Position numbers and translations under genes: made by a program
Shown: piece by piece, positions 19,277 to 29,241 of the stretch
Layout: each line of letters opens with the position of its first letter
Numbering within the stretch: the stretch's first letter is position 1
The notes under the pieces: model-generated
The model's input: only the letters and a program-made list of their open reading frames with translations
Databases searched by the model: none
What the model was told of the DNA's origin: nothing
From: a bacterium
Lineage (GTDB): Bacteria; Babelota; Babeliae; Babelales; RVW-14
Direction of reading: 5' to 3'
Assembly: GCA_043822925.1 (NCBI GenBank)
Contig: JBDRBF010000034.1
Span: 1 to 44,325, forward strand
Length of the DNA: 44,325 nucleotides

Positions 19277-21231
19277 GTGAGTGACCATATATTTTGAAGG
19301 ACCCATTTTTTTACGGCTAAGCTGGCTTCAGATTCACTTAAGTATTTGTGCATGTTTTGTGCAACAGGCGTGAAGTTTTGTCCAGAGTTATAGCTTGCCT
19401 GTTTAAAATATTCAGAAAAATATTTGCCTGAAGAAAACCAACGTTGTGTTGGTGCTGCAAATCCAATTTTTTTCCGGTTAATAATCTCGTCAGGCAGGAT
19501 GCCTATGGCTGCTTTTTTGAGTAAATATTTTGTAATATTATTTTTGAATTTAAGATTTATTGGTACATTCATCATAAATTCGACAAGCTTATGGTCAAGA
19601 AATGGCACACGGCCTTCTATACTTGTTGCCATGGTCATTTTATCTGCACGCATGAGCAAAAGTTCTGGCAGGCGCTGCTTGAGTTCTAGGTAAAGCATTT
19701 GTTGAGAAAAAGACGCATGTGCGTCATGCTTTTTTATATTATTTAGGTGATAGTTTACGATAGCGTAACTATCGAATTCTTGTTTTAATCCCGGGTATAT
19801 TTTTTCTATTATTGGGTCGTGCATATTTTGGGTAAGTTTAGACGGGGTAAAAATAGGTTCTTGTAAAATTTTTTGTTTTTGGTGTTCGTTAAATGCAATA
19901 GAGCCGGTCCAGAACAAGTTTCTATCACGCGCCCAGTTATCTATTATTTCGAGGCGTCCCAATTTTGTTGGGGCAATTTGGGCAGCCAAATTACTGATCG
20001 CGCGTCGCGCGATAGTGGGTATGATCTTTTGTGATGGGTTCCAGATTTTTTTATGAAAATTGTGATAGCGTGCATATGTATCGTAGCCAAAAAAGAGTTC
20101 GTCAGCCCCTTCTCCAATTTGTGCGACCGTCACACCGCTTTCTCGGGCTAACTTGGCGACATAATAGAAGGGGATGCAAACACAATCAGCAAGAGGCTCG
20201 TCCAAGAAATATGTCATGTTTTTATAAAACTCGAACGCTTCTTTTTCAGAGATAATAATTTCATGGTGATCTGTATCAAAATGTTTGGCGACAAGGCGGG
20301 CCCATTTGAGTTCGTTATGCTCTGGGCCGTCTGAGAATGCTACGGTAAATGTTTTAACTTTGCCGATAAATTTAGACATGAGCGCAACGTTTAAACTCGA
20401 ATCGATGCCGCCGGATAAAAATGTGCCGAATGGAACGTCTGACGCCATTTGTTGATGGACAGATTCTTCAAGAAGTTTTTTTATATTTTCGACGCAAAAA
20501 TCTTCACGCATAAAATCTTTTTGTTCAGCCTGAGATATCGTTTTGAGTGGCGTGTACCATTCGTGAAACGATATTTTTCTATTGGTATCTAGTTTCATGT
20601 AAAAACCGGCAGGTAATTTATATACTTGTTCAAATATTGTGTATGGCGCCGGCGTGACCATGAACGTGAGATAATGATATAACGCTTGTTGTGATATATT
20701 CTTTTTATTCCAATCAAGTGCCCAGAGAGCTTTAATTTCTGATGCAAACGAGAGCATATTATTTTGGATAGAAAAATATGCCGGTTTAATACCAATTCTA
20801 TCTCTGAATATAAATAACTCGTTTTTATGTCTGTCAAAAATAACACCGGCAAACATGCCTTCTATGTGTTTTAAACAGTCTATGCCCCATTCTTTGTAGG
20901 CATAGAGTAAGCTTTCTGTGTCACAGTTTGAGAAAAAGTTATATCCAAGAGATATAAGTTCTTGGCGTAATTTAGGGTGATTATAAATTTCGCCATTATA
21001 ACTAATTACAACTGTTTGTTCTTTATCGATCATGGGCTGCTTGCCAGCTGAACTTAAATCTATAATAGCCAGGCGTCTATTTGCGATACCTATATTATGT
21101 TGTTCAGATATCCAGGTTCCAAAATCATCTGGTCCCCTGTGTGTAATTTTTTCATGCATATTAGTTAAAAGTTTGATGGGATCTTGCGGGAAGTTTTTAC
21201 CAAGAGAACAAAAGCCTGTAAAGCCACACAT
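19273..21231 (-). CDS. asnB: Asparagine synthase (glutamine-hydrolysing) family amidotransferase
   Basis: MCG N-terminus, HRGPD, RRLAIIDL, NGEIYN, FLSGGIDSS, GEGADELFFGY, RVPFLD. Confidence 0.93.
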   Translation of the reverse strand: MCGFTGFCSLGKNFPQDPIKLLTNMHEKITHRGPDDFGTWISEQHNIGIANRRLAIIDLSSAGKQPMIDKEQTVVISYNGEIYNHPKLRQELISLGYNFFSNCDTESLLYAYKEWGIDCLKHIEGMFAGVIFDRHKNELFIFRDRIGIKPAYFSIQNNMLSFASEIKALWALDWNKKNISQQALYHYLTFMVTPAPYTIFEQVYKLPAGFYMKLDTNRKISFHEWYTPLKTISQAEQKDFMREDFCVENIKKLLEESVHQQMASDVPFGTFLSGGIDSSLNVALMSKFIGKVKTFTVAFSDGPEHNELKWARLVAKHFDTDHHEIIISEKEAFEFYKNMTYFLDEPLADCVCIPFYYVAKLARESGVTVAQIGEGADELFFGYDTYARYHNFHKKIWNPSQKIIPTIARRAISNLAAQIAPTKLGRLEIIDNWARDRNLFWTGSIAFNEHQKQKILQEPIFTPSKLTQNMHDPIIEKIYPGLKQEFDSYAIVNYHLNNIKKHDAHASFSQQMLYLELKQRLPELLLMRADKMTMATSIEGRVPFLDHKLVEFMMNVPINLKFKNNITKYLLKKAAIGILPDEIINRKKIGFAAPTQRWFSSGKYFSEYFKQASYNSGQNFTPVAQNMHKYLSESEASLAVKKWVLQNIWSLT

Positions 21232-21259
21232 GCGTATTCTTTCGTTTTTTAGACATGTT

Positions 21260-22735
21260 TTAAGGCTTGGATCCTGAAACGAGTTCAGGATGACAAGGCG
21301 TAGTTTGCGGGGGCGTTTTATATTTTGTTTGTTTTGCTTCGTGTTCTATTATATTTTTTGTTGCTTCCCATGCAGAGAGCATTGCGCTGTCCATATTGTT
21401 ATATCTGTGCATGCCATTGCGTCCGACAAGTTGTAAGTTTGGAAACTGTTTTATGTAATCAAGAACTATAGAAAGGGGCGTTTGGTAACCCATGTCATAT
21501 ACGGGGTAAGCTTCAGGAATGCGCATAATCATGCCATCGCGTACATCTGTTGCTTTGGCTAGCCCAATTTGTTCAAGTTCTTGTTTGCCCAGTTCTACTA
21601 ATTCTTGATCTGTTTTTTCCCAGATGCCCTGACCGGCCCATTCGAAATATTCAAGACTGAGTGCCGTTTTGTTTTCATGATTGACCATTTTTATAGAAAA
21701 GTTATTCATGTTGCCCAGGCGAACCATTTTTAAATTTTTTTCATGTATGTATAACCAATGGTCTGGGCAGATATTAGCTTTTTCGACAATTAAGTTGATC
21801 GTAATAAGCCCACGATAAAAGAGTTTATTAGCAGCTTCTATAACATGTGTTGGTGGCAATGGGTCCATTGATTTGACGAGTGTTTTGAGCGTCATAGAAG
21901 ATATAAAGTAATCGCCTGAATACGTTGTGAGCTTTTGAACCTGTGGTTTCGATGTTTGGGCGTCTGTTTTTTTTGCGCACAGCGCCGTTATTTTTTTGCC
22001 GTCGTGTTCAATAGAAACGATTTCTTCTTGGAGCCAGATCTTTGTATCGTCACAGGTGTTAAAATTATGTGCTACTTTTTCCCAAAGAGTTCCTGAGCCG
22101 TTTACGGGGTAGAAAAATTCGTCACAAATTGTTCGTGGGGCATTTTTTTTGAACCATTTTCCAAAGAATGCATAAAAAATTGCTTGAGATAGTGAAAAGT
22201 TTTTAATGCGCTGTGCAGACCAATCAGCAGAAATTCTTGAGCAGCTTATACCCCAAAGTTTTTCACTATATGTTTTAAAGAAAATACTAAATAAACGATG
22301 TCCAAATCTATTGGTTACCCAGTCTTGGAGCGATTGTGCTTGTTTGATGGGAAACAGTCTGATTTTTATATAACTGAGCACGCATCTAAAAGATTCAAAG
22401 ATAGAGAGGCCTAAAAGCGCATTTATCGGTTCAAGGGGATACAAAAAAAAGTGTTTTTTATAAAAAATACGGGTAAATCGTTTAAGATGTAAAAAATCTT
22501 TTTGCATAAGATCTTTCCACCAATTTTCAACTTTTTTTGAGCTTGTAATGTAGTGGTGTGGTCCGATATCAAATAAGCATTTTTTGTATTCAGTTGTTCG
22601 CGCCAGCCCCCCAATAACCGGTTCTCTTTCGATAATATCGACGGAAAATTTTTTGCTATTAGCGAGTTCTAGTCCTGCTGTTAGGCCGGCAGGTCCCGCG
22701 CCCATAATTACTACACGTTTTTTTGAATTATTCAT
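21260..22735 (-). CDS. FAD-dependent oxidoreductase (HemY/UDP-galactopyranose-mutase-like family found in glycan loci)
   Basis: GAGPAGL Rossmann motif, GGLART, DIGPH, AYPVY, GRNGMHRYNNMD. Confidence 0.85.
   Translation of the reverse strand: MNNSKKRVVIMGAGPAGLTAGLELANSKKFSVDIIEREPVIGGLARTTEYKKCLFDIGPHHYITSSKKVENWWKDLMQKDFLHLKRFTRIFYKKHFFLYPLEPINALLGLSIFESFRCVLSYIKIRLFPIKQAQSLQDWVTNRFGHRLFSIFFKTYSEKLWGISCSRISADWSAQRIKNFSLSQAIFYAFFGKWFKKNAPRTICDEFFYPVNGSGTLWEKVAHNFNTCDDTKIWLQEEIVSIEHDGKKITALCAKKTDAQTSKPQVQKLTTYSGDYFISSMTLKTLVKSMDPLPPTHVIEAANKLFYRGLITINLIVEKANICPDHWLYIHEKNLKMVRLGNMNNFSIKMVNHENKTALSLEYFEWAGQGIWEKTDQELVELGKQELEQIGLAKATDVRDGMIMRIPEAYPVYDMGYQTPLSIVLDYIKQFPNLQLVGRNGMHRYNNMDSAMLSAWEATKNIIEHEAKQTKYKTPPQTTPCHPELVSGSKP
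21269..21295. repeat. Short palindromic element inside a CDS 3' end (encodes CHPELVSGS)
   Basis: atcctgaa-acgag-ttcaggat stem followed by gaca. Confidence 0.7.
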
Positions 22736-22768
22736 GTTTCTTCTCCTTTTTTAGGCCCCAGGCTTAAA

Positions 22769-24158
22769 TCATAGTTGATTGATAATCTGGGTCCAGAACT
22801 TACATGATACGATAATTAAAAAAGGTTCAAAGGGCAACCTTAATCTTGCAAAGCCGCAAGCACAACTGAGTATGACAAATATTGTGATAAATGGGACAAT
22901 TTTCATGACGATAGCCATGTATTGTTTATTTAAGAGAGAATTTATTAAGAACCCAAAAAAACCAAGCAATAATAAAAGAAAATATAAAAGTTCGAAGTAT
23001 ATAAAAAAAATAATTTTTTTATTTTGTACGTCGGGAAACAAGAATCTCGAGAGTAAATCTTTTATGCTTCTTTTCTCTTGATAGTCAGGTAGTTTGCCAT
23101 TTGAATCTATAACGAGTAACTCTGAAGAATATAAAGAGAATATTGTTTTAATCATGTTTTGTGTTACGTGTTTTAGTGTTTCTATAAAATTTTGAGACAT
23201 ATATTTGTAGGCTGTTTTTTCTGCGATTAAATTTGTTTCTATTTCATAGAGTGGGCGTTTAAATTCTTGTTTTTTTTTGTCTTGAGCTTTTGAGAATTCG
23301 CTATTTATTTGTTTTTTTGCTTCTTGATAAGAAATATGTTTATTATGCATGGCCAGACGCGTTGCAGAGTGATTAAGAAAGTGCACGCCGGTGAGTGTGT
23401 GCAGGAAGAGATATCCAGTAAGCAAGTAATTACGTACAATCCAAATGCCGGCAATATTTAGCCAGCCTGTGCTTAATGCTAATATGTGTGTGATTTTTTT
23501 GTGATACGTGTTCATAGAGAATAAGAGAAATATTATTGCGAGTATAAGAATAAAGTTTCCAACAGGTCTAATAAGCGTTACGATGCCTAAAAAAAGTCCT
23601 GAAATAAATAGTGTGCTCTGTGTATGTTTTGTGTTTTGTTTTTCTCGCTTTTCAAAAAAAAAAATTAAAATTTCTAAAAAATAAGCATAGAAATAGTATA
23701 AAAAAAATCAAAAAAAGTATCTCAGTCATAATAAGTCCGGAAAATATAAGAAATCCGGGATTTATGCTTGCGGCAAGCGCTGCGCATTGGGCTAGAATTA
23801 TAGATTCAGGAAAAAGTATGAGCGCAAGAGCAAAAATAAGTATGGGCACGAGTGATGCGAGAATTATTTGTATCCATAGTGCGTTATGTGGGGTTGTGCC
23901 AAAAAATTTATAGCAAAGCGCAAGATATATTGGATATCCGGGGAGCCGGTAAAATTGCGGCGAGCCGTCAGGATTTGAGATACTGTTTTTTTGTGTGATA
24001 GTAACAGCAAGATTGTGATAGTGTCCTGAATCAAATATAAGCATGCATGGGTTTTTGTTTTCAAAAACCATGAAAAAACAGGCTCGTAATATAAAAGAAA
24101 AAATAAAGAGCATTATAATAAAATATTTTTTTTGTTTTATCTGTGTAAATACGTGCAT
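22769..24158 (-). pseudogene. ArnT/PMT_2-like GT-C glycosyltransferase split by a frameshift in a T11 tract
   Basis: ORF 23652-24158 matches the N-half and the frame of 22769-23653 the C-half (LIRPVG, GFARLRLPFEP) of the neighbouring paralog. A11 at 23654-23664; losing one base gives a 462-aa protein. Confidence 0.85.
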
Positions 24159-24159
24159 T

Positions 24160-25761
24160 TTACAAGCTTGTGTCTGTTTGTTTAAAAAGTTTGCTCCAGC
24201 CAGCCAGAGAGATAATTATTAAGAGTGGCTCTATTGGCAGGCGCATGCGGGCATAGCCTCCAGCTAGAGATATAATAATAAATATTCCCATAAATGGGAG
24301 TGTTTTCAGTAAGACGCACCAGTTATTAGGGTTGCGCGTAAGCATGAATAGTAAAAAACCAAGTAATATAAATAAGAAAAGTGTTATTTCTAAAAATATA
24401 ATTACTTTTAAATAGATATTTTTTGTTTGAGGGAATAAGTAGCGTTTAAAGAGTGACCAGAAACTTCTGTTTTTTTCAAAATAATTAATTTCTTGTCGTC
24501 CGGAATCTAGATATAGTAGCTCGGCAGAATATAAAGAAAAACATGTTCTGAACATATCTGTTGCCCAATTTTTGAGTGTAATAAGTGGCTGTGCTTTAAA
24601 GTATATTATGGCTACATGTTCTCGTAATTTGCATAATTCTATTTCGTTTAGGGGCCTGTGTTTTTTTATTTTTTCTTGGAGCTCAAGTCGCGCGACTTCT
24701 TGGGTTAAAATTTCTCGTGCATGTTCGTACGATGTATTATGTACATGCATAGCAACGCGTGCTGCTGATAGATGCAAAAAGTGTCCGCCAGGGAGTGTGT
24801 GAAAAAAAATATGTCCTAAAAAAATATAATTTCTGATGAGCCATAGTAATACGGGGATAAGCCAACCAAGAAATAGTATAAAACTTTTGCCTATTTTATT
24901 AGACCAATTGTTTTTTGAAACGATAAGTACTAGAAGTGCTGTAATAATAAGATAGGGTCCGACCGGGCGAACGAGTGATGCTAGTCCAAGAGTTAATCCG
25001 GCAAAAAGCATATACCGAAACGCTCGTTGGGTTTGTGTGCTTTCGAACGTAATATATGTTTTGTATTGTTCGATAAATTTTTCGCCAAAAAGTTGGTCAT
25101 ATAATTTAATAAATTCGGGGCCGGTTTCTTCATCATCCAGAAAAAATGGGGGATAGGTGTAAACGGGAAATTTTTTGCCTGTTTCTGGATCTTTTGTGTT
25201 ACAGAAAAACAGGTGTGTGCTGGAAAAAAACAAAATAAAAAAGATTAAGAGCAAAAAAATAAAGAGCGTTTCAGTCATAAAAAATCCTGCGTATAGGACA
25301 AGGCCCAGGTGAAAGCAACTATAAAGTGAAGCGAGTTTGGCTAAATATAAATTATTGGGAAAGAGTGCACGCGAGAGTAAGAAAATTAATAATGGGATAA
25401 GAGCTGCTAGAATTACTTGCATCCAAAGTGCGTTTTTTTTGTCTTGTTCTTGGTTTTTGGTTTTGTCGGCGCCAATAAGTTTATTGGTGTCAAAAGTTTT
25501 ATACGTGCCAAAAATTTTATAATAGATCGCAATAAAAGCAGAGTACCCGGGTAGTCGGTAAAAGTTTGGTTTGCCGTCTGGATGTGAGAATCCGTGTCCT
25601 TGGGCTACTTGTATGGCTGTAACGTGATACGTGTTTGAGTCTACTTGCCAAAAGTTATTATTTTTGCCTAAATAAAATCCAAAAACTAATGCCCTTATTA
25701 AGAGTGCGCTTAAAAAAATAAAGAATAGAAAGTTTTTTTCTTTTTTTATAATTTCGATCAT
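24160..25761 (-). CDS. ArnT/PMT_2-like (GT-C) membrane glycosyltransferase
   Basis: VDSNTYH, FYRLPGY, MTETLF, LVRPVG, GYARMRLPIEP; many TM helices. Confidence 0.8.
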   Translation of the reverse strand: MIEIIKKEKNFLFFIFLSALLIRALVFGFYLGKNNNFWQVDSNTYHVTAIQVAQGHGFSHPDGKPNFYRLPGYSAFIAIYYKIFGTYKTFDTNKLIGADKTKNQEQDKKNALWMQVILAALIPLLIFLLSRALFPNNLYLAKLASLYSCFHLGLVLYAGFFMTETLFIFLLLIFFILFFSSTHLFFCNTKDPETGKKFPVYTYPPFFLDDEETGPEFIKLYDQLFGEKFIEQYKTYITFESTQTQRAFRYMLFAGLTLGLASLVRPVGPYLIITALLVLIVSKNNWSNKIGKSFILFLGWLIPVLLWLIRNYIFLGHIFFHTLPGGHFLHLSAARVAMHVHNTSYEHAREILTQEVARLELQEKIKKHRPLNEIELCKLREHVAIIYFKAQPLITLKNWATDMFRTCFSLYSAELLYLDSGRQEINYFEKNRSFWSLFKRYLFPQTKNIYLKVIIFLEITLFLFILLGFLLFMLTRNPNNWCVLLKTLPFMGIFIIISLAGGYARMRLPIEPLLIIISLAGWSKLFKQTDTSL

Positions 25762-25779
25762 AAAGCTCTCTTTCTCTTT

Positions 25780-26778
25780 TTAGTAACGATTATTTATTTG
25801 AGATTTTTTTTCCCAGGCAAGGGCACTGGTTAGCATGGCCTCAAGTGTTGAGTGCTTGGTGTGCCAGTTTAATATTTTTTGAGCTTTGTTGGCGTCAGCT
25901 TGTAAGATGGCAACGTCTCCTGGTCGGCGTTTACGGTGTACGATATGTGCTTTCTTGCTGCATATTTTTTCGGCTGCTTGAATTACTTGTGCGACCGTGT
26001 ATCCGTGTCCAGATCCTAAATTAAAAACGCCTGACTGGTTCCCATTTTTTAAGTAGTTTAGTGCTGCGATGTGCGCGTGAGCTATGTCGATTACGTGTAC
26101 ATAATCACGCATGCAGGTGCCGTCTGGCGTATTATAGTCTGTCCCAAAAATAGTAAATATTTTTTCTGAAATAATTGCACGTAATAATAATGGGATAATA
26201 TGTGTTTCTGGGTTATGCTGTTCGCCTAAATTTTGTTCTGGCATGGCGCCGGCAGCATTAAAATATCGTAACGATACAAATTTGAAATCATATGCGAGTG
26301 CATAATCTTGTAGCGCAAATTCGACGATTAATTTGTTTTTTCCGTAAGGGCTTGTTGGGTTTGTTGGATGTGTTTCTTCTAGGGGGAGCTTTTGTGGCTC
26401 GCCGTATACGGCGCAACTGGACGAGAAAATAAAATTTTTAATATTATGCTGAAGCATGCTCTCTAAGAGTATGAGCACTTTTTGTACGTTATTTTCGTAG
26501 AAATCGCAGGGTCTTTTGACTGACTCCCCCACTTCGATAAATGCAGCAAAATGCATGACGGTACTAATATTATAGGTGCTAAAAATATGGGCAAGCACGT
26601 TAGTATCTGCGAAGTCAGCCTGGATAAATTTGGCCCACTGGTGGGGGAATGTTTGTTTATGAATAAGTTTATCGATAATAATGACGTGATATTTTTGTTG
26701 GGCGAGCAGGTATGCTGTATGTGAGCCTATGTATCCAGCTCCTCCAAGTACTAATATCGTTTCTTTTTTTGGGGTCAC
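25780..26778 (-). CDS. galE: UDP-glucose 4-epimerase family protein
   Basis: GGAGYIGSH, HFAAFIEVGESV, FSSSCAVYG, YGKNK, LRYFNAAGA, TPDGTCMRDYVHV, RRPGD. Confidence 0.9.
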   Translation of the reverse strand: MTPKKETILVLGGAGYIGSHTAYLLAQQKYHVIIIDKLIHKQTFPHQWAKFIQADFADTNVLAHIFSTYNISTVMHFAAFIEVGESVKRPCDFYENNVQKVLILLESMLQHNIKNFIFSSSCAVYGEPQKLPLEETHPTNPTSPYGKNKLIVEFALQDYALAYDFKFVSLRYFNAAGAMPEQNLGEQHNPETHIIPLLLRAIISEKIFTIFGTDYNTPDGTCMRDYVHVIDIAHAHIAALNYLKNGNQSGVFNLGSGHGYTVAQVIQAAEKICSKKAHIVHRKRRPGDVAILQADANKAQKILNWHTKHSTLEAMLTSALAWEKKSQINNRY

Positions 26779-26979
26779 TTTTATGCTCTCCAGTTCTTTT
26801 TGGGCGCGTTATGGCTTATTCCTAAAAAAACTTTAATTAAACGTACATGACAGGATTTTGGCGTCAAGAATATTAGATGGGAATGTGACAGAACGTACAA
26901 ATTTTACTATGCTCGCCTTATAAGCTTGTAGCTAAAACAAAAAACTAGATATTATTAGGACTAGATAAAGGGAAAAGTC

Positions 26980-28236
26980 ATGATTTCACGTGTTCGCGGA
27001 ACCCAAGATTATATCGATTTAGTTTTATATAATTTCGCACTTGATGGGATTAAAAAACATTTGGCGTTATATAATTTCAGCGAAATTCAAACTCCTATTT
27101 TGGAGCATACAGAGTTGTTTGTGCATTCGTTAGGTTCAGATACAGACGTTGTGTCCAAAGAGATGTACGTGTTTGAATCTGGTGGTGAAGCTAGTTCTGA
27201 AAAAAGCATTTGTTTGCGTCCAGAGGGGACTGCTCCGGTAATACGAGCTTGTTTTGAAAATAGTATTCAGCGTTTTCCCTGGAAAGTCTTTATGCATGGG
27301 CCTATGTTTAGGCGTGAACGGCCACAAAAGGGTAGATACCGTCAATTTCATCAAACGACGGTAGAAGTCGTTGGTTCTTTGTCTATTGCGCAAGATGTGC
27401 AACTTATAAAAATGTTTGATGCTTTATTTAGCCAAGTTTTCAAACTTGAAGACTATATATTAAAGATTAATTTTCTTGGGTGCTTGAACGATAGAAAAGA
27501 GCATAAAAATCAGTTAAGAGCTTTTCTTGATCAAAATATAAATAATATTTGTCAGACGTGTGTTGCAAGAAAAGATACTAATACGTTACGCGTATTTGAT
27601 TGTAAAAACGAAGCATGTGCTGAGTTATATAAAAATGCACCTAAGCTTACTCAGTTTTTGTGCGAAACATGTGCTCAAGAATGGACAGTGTTACAAAAAA
27701 ATCTGGAGATGCTTTCTGTTAGCCATGTGATCGATCCTACTCTCGTTCGCGGTCTTGATTACTATAATAAAACAGTATTCGAATTTGCGTCTATGAATCT
27801 TGGTTCTCAAAATGCCTTTTTAGGTGGTGGACGCTATAATTTGGGACATCAAGTAGGCGCTAAGCAGGATTACGAATGTGTTGGGGCGGCCATCGGTATG
27901 GAGCGCTTGCTTCTTTTAATTGAGCAGAATAAAAATAAGTATACGTTTGCATCGCAACAAGCGTTGCATGTTATTTTACCACTCTCGCTTGAGCAACATT
28001 CTGTGGCTTTACTATTAGCTCAAGATTTGCAGGATCATGGCTTTGCGACAGAGATTGTTTTTGAGAAAGCATCTATGACAAATATGATGAAAAAAGCTGA
28101 TAAATTAGGGGCAAGCTTTGCTTTAATTATTGGAGACGATGAGCAAAAAAATGGGACAGTTTCGGTTAAAAATATGAGCACCGGTGTTGATCAAAAAATT
28201 GCTCAATCTGAACTGGTAACTTTTTTGAAAAAATAA
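26980..28236 (+). CDS. hisS: Histidine--tRNA ligase
   Basis: RVRGTQD, VVSKEMY, LRPEGTA, FRRERPQKGRYRQFHQ, LVRGLDYY, GGGRY, GMERL. Confidence 0.97.
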   Translation: MISRVRGTQDYIDLVLYNFALDGIKKHLALYNFSEIQTPILEHTELFVHSLGSDTDVVSKEMYVFESGGEASSEKSICLRPEGTAPVIRACFENSIQRFPWKVFMHGPMFRRERPQKGRYRQFHQTTVEVVGSLSIAQDVQLIKMFDALFSQVFKLEDYILKINFLGCLNDRKEHKNQLRAFLDQNINNICQTCVARKDTNTLRVFDCKNEACAELYKNAPKLTQFLCETCAQEWTVLQKNLEMLSVSHVIDPTLVRGLDYYNKTVFEFASMNLGSQNAFLGGGRYNLGHQVGAKQDYECVGAAIGMERLLLLIEQNKNKYTFASQQALHVILPLSLEQHSVALLLAQDLQDHGFATEIVFEKASMTNMMKKADKLGASFALIIGDDEQKNGTVSVKNMSTGVDQKIAQSELVTFLKK

Positions 28237-28476
28237 AAAAAACACTTTTTTGTTTGACTTTATCAAACGAGTGTTTCTAACTTTTAAATAATTCTCATTT
28301 GACATATTAATATGTTTTTTGAAAAGGCGTGCTATTGTTGAACGAGTAGTAAAAAACAGACTATTTTGGTGGCATTTTATGTGTGTTGTCAGAATAGTTT
28401 GAAACATTTCTGTTTGTCATTTGGTAAAAATGTAAAAAAAAGCAAAAACATTGATTAAGTCAGGCTGTTTGTTTGT

Positions 28477-28619
28477 TTATTAACAAGTTACTCACAATAT
28501 TGTTAGTAAGTCATCTCTCAAGATCAAAAAATTACTGTGCGGATAGGCGATAGAGCAGAATGTATTGTTTTGAAACATTGTTGGAAACGTTGGCTGGATC
28601 GCTCTTTTGATGTGGTTAA
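28477..28619. promoter_or_regulatory. Cluster of degenerate DnaA-box-like 9-mers including a near-perfect 22-bp palindrome
   Basis: TTATTAACA 28477, TTACTCACA 28488, TGTTAGTAA 28501, TGCGGATAG 28538, TGTGGTTAA 28611; none is a perfect TTATCCACA. Confidence 0.3.
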
Positions 28620-28803
28620 CATAATATTTTTAGATGCGACACAGTTTTGGTTTGAGTAAATTACTTTTTTGGGGTTCATGAGCCCGAATAAATTCGTGAT
28701 ATTTTTTTTTAAAAAGAGCGCTTTGCATGTTTAATATGATATTCTATGTGCCTGTGCGTATAATAATCTCGTGAAGTGTAAGTAAAATAGATAGGTAGAA
28801 AGC

Positions 28804-29238
28804 ATGGATATTTCTAATACTCCACATGATTTTGTTCAGGATAATAACGCTCCGGTAGTTGCAGTTCCGTCATTAAGTGATCGGCTATGGGCGACTGTTG
28901 GGTATGTGGTTCTTGGGCCATTGTTTTTATTGGTTTTTTTAGAAGCTTTTTTTCTTGAAGATTGCTTTGTTCGTAAGCATGCCCGCAGAGTTTTAGCTAT
29001 TGTTTTTTGCGTGATTGTTGCAAGTTTAATACCATTGTTTTATTTGATAGCGACGGTGCCGCATGAGAGTGAGCTTGTTTCTTTTGATCAACAACTTATG
29101 ACTATGTTTTTAAATCGGCAATTTTATGGGTTTAACAATGTTCAAATTATGAGCGTTATTCTGGTAGCTCTTATTGTAGTTACTGGTTTTGTGTTTTTGT
29201 GTATAAATGCGATAAAAGCAATTCGTGGAAAGCTATAA
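28804..29238 (+). CDS. DUF4870-like membrane protein
   Basis: DRLWA..GY...GPL and FVRKHARR.L pattern; 3 TM helices. Confidence 0.6.
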   Translation: MDISNTPHDFVQDNNAPVVAVPSLSDRLWATVGYVVLGPLFLLVFLEAFFLEDCFVRKHARRVLAIVFCVIVASLIPLFYLIATVPHESELVSFDQQLMTMFLNRQFYGFNNVQIMSVILVALIVVTGFVFLCINAIKAIRGKL

Positions 29239-29241
29239 AAC

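Noticed and set aside
21260-22735. Protoporphyrinogen oxidase (heme synthesis)
   Set aside because: The glycan-operon context and GRNGMHRYNNMD motif fit the sugar-locus FAD enzyme family better
28237-28803. Firm oriC call
   Set aside because: No perfect DnaA box, no dnaA/dnaN/gidA nearby and no visible skew inversion; kept only as a low-confidence finding
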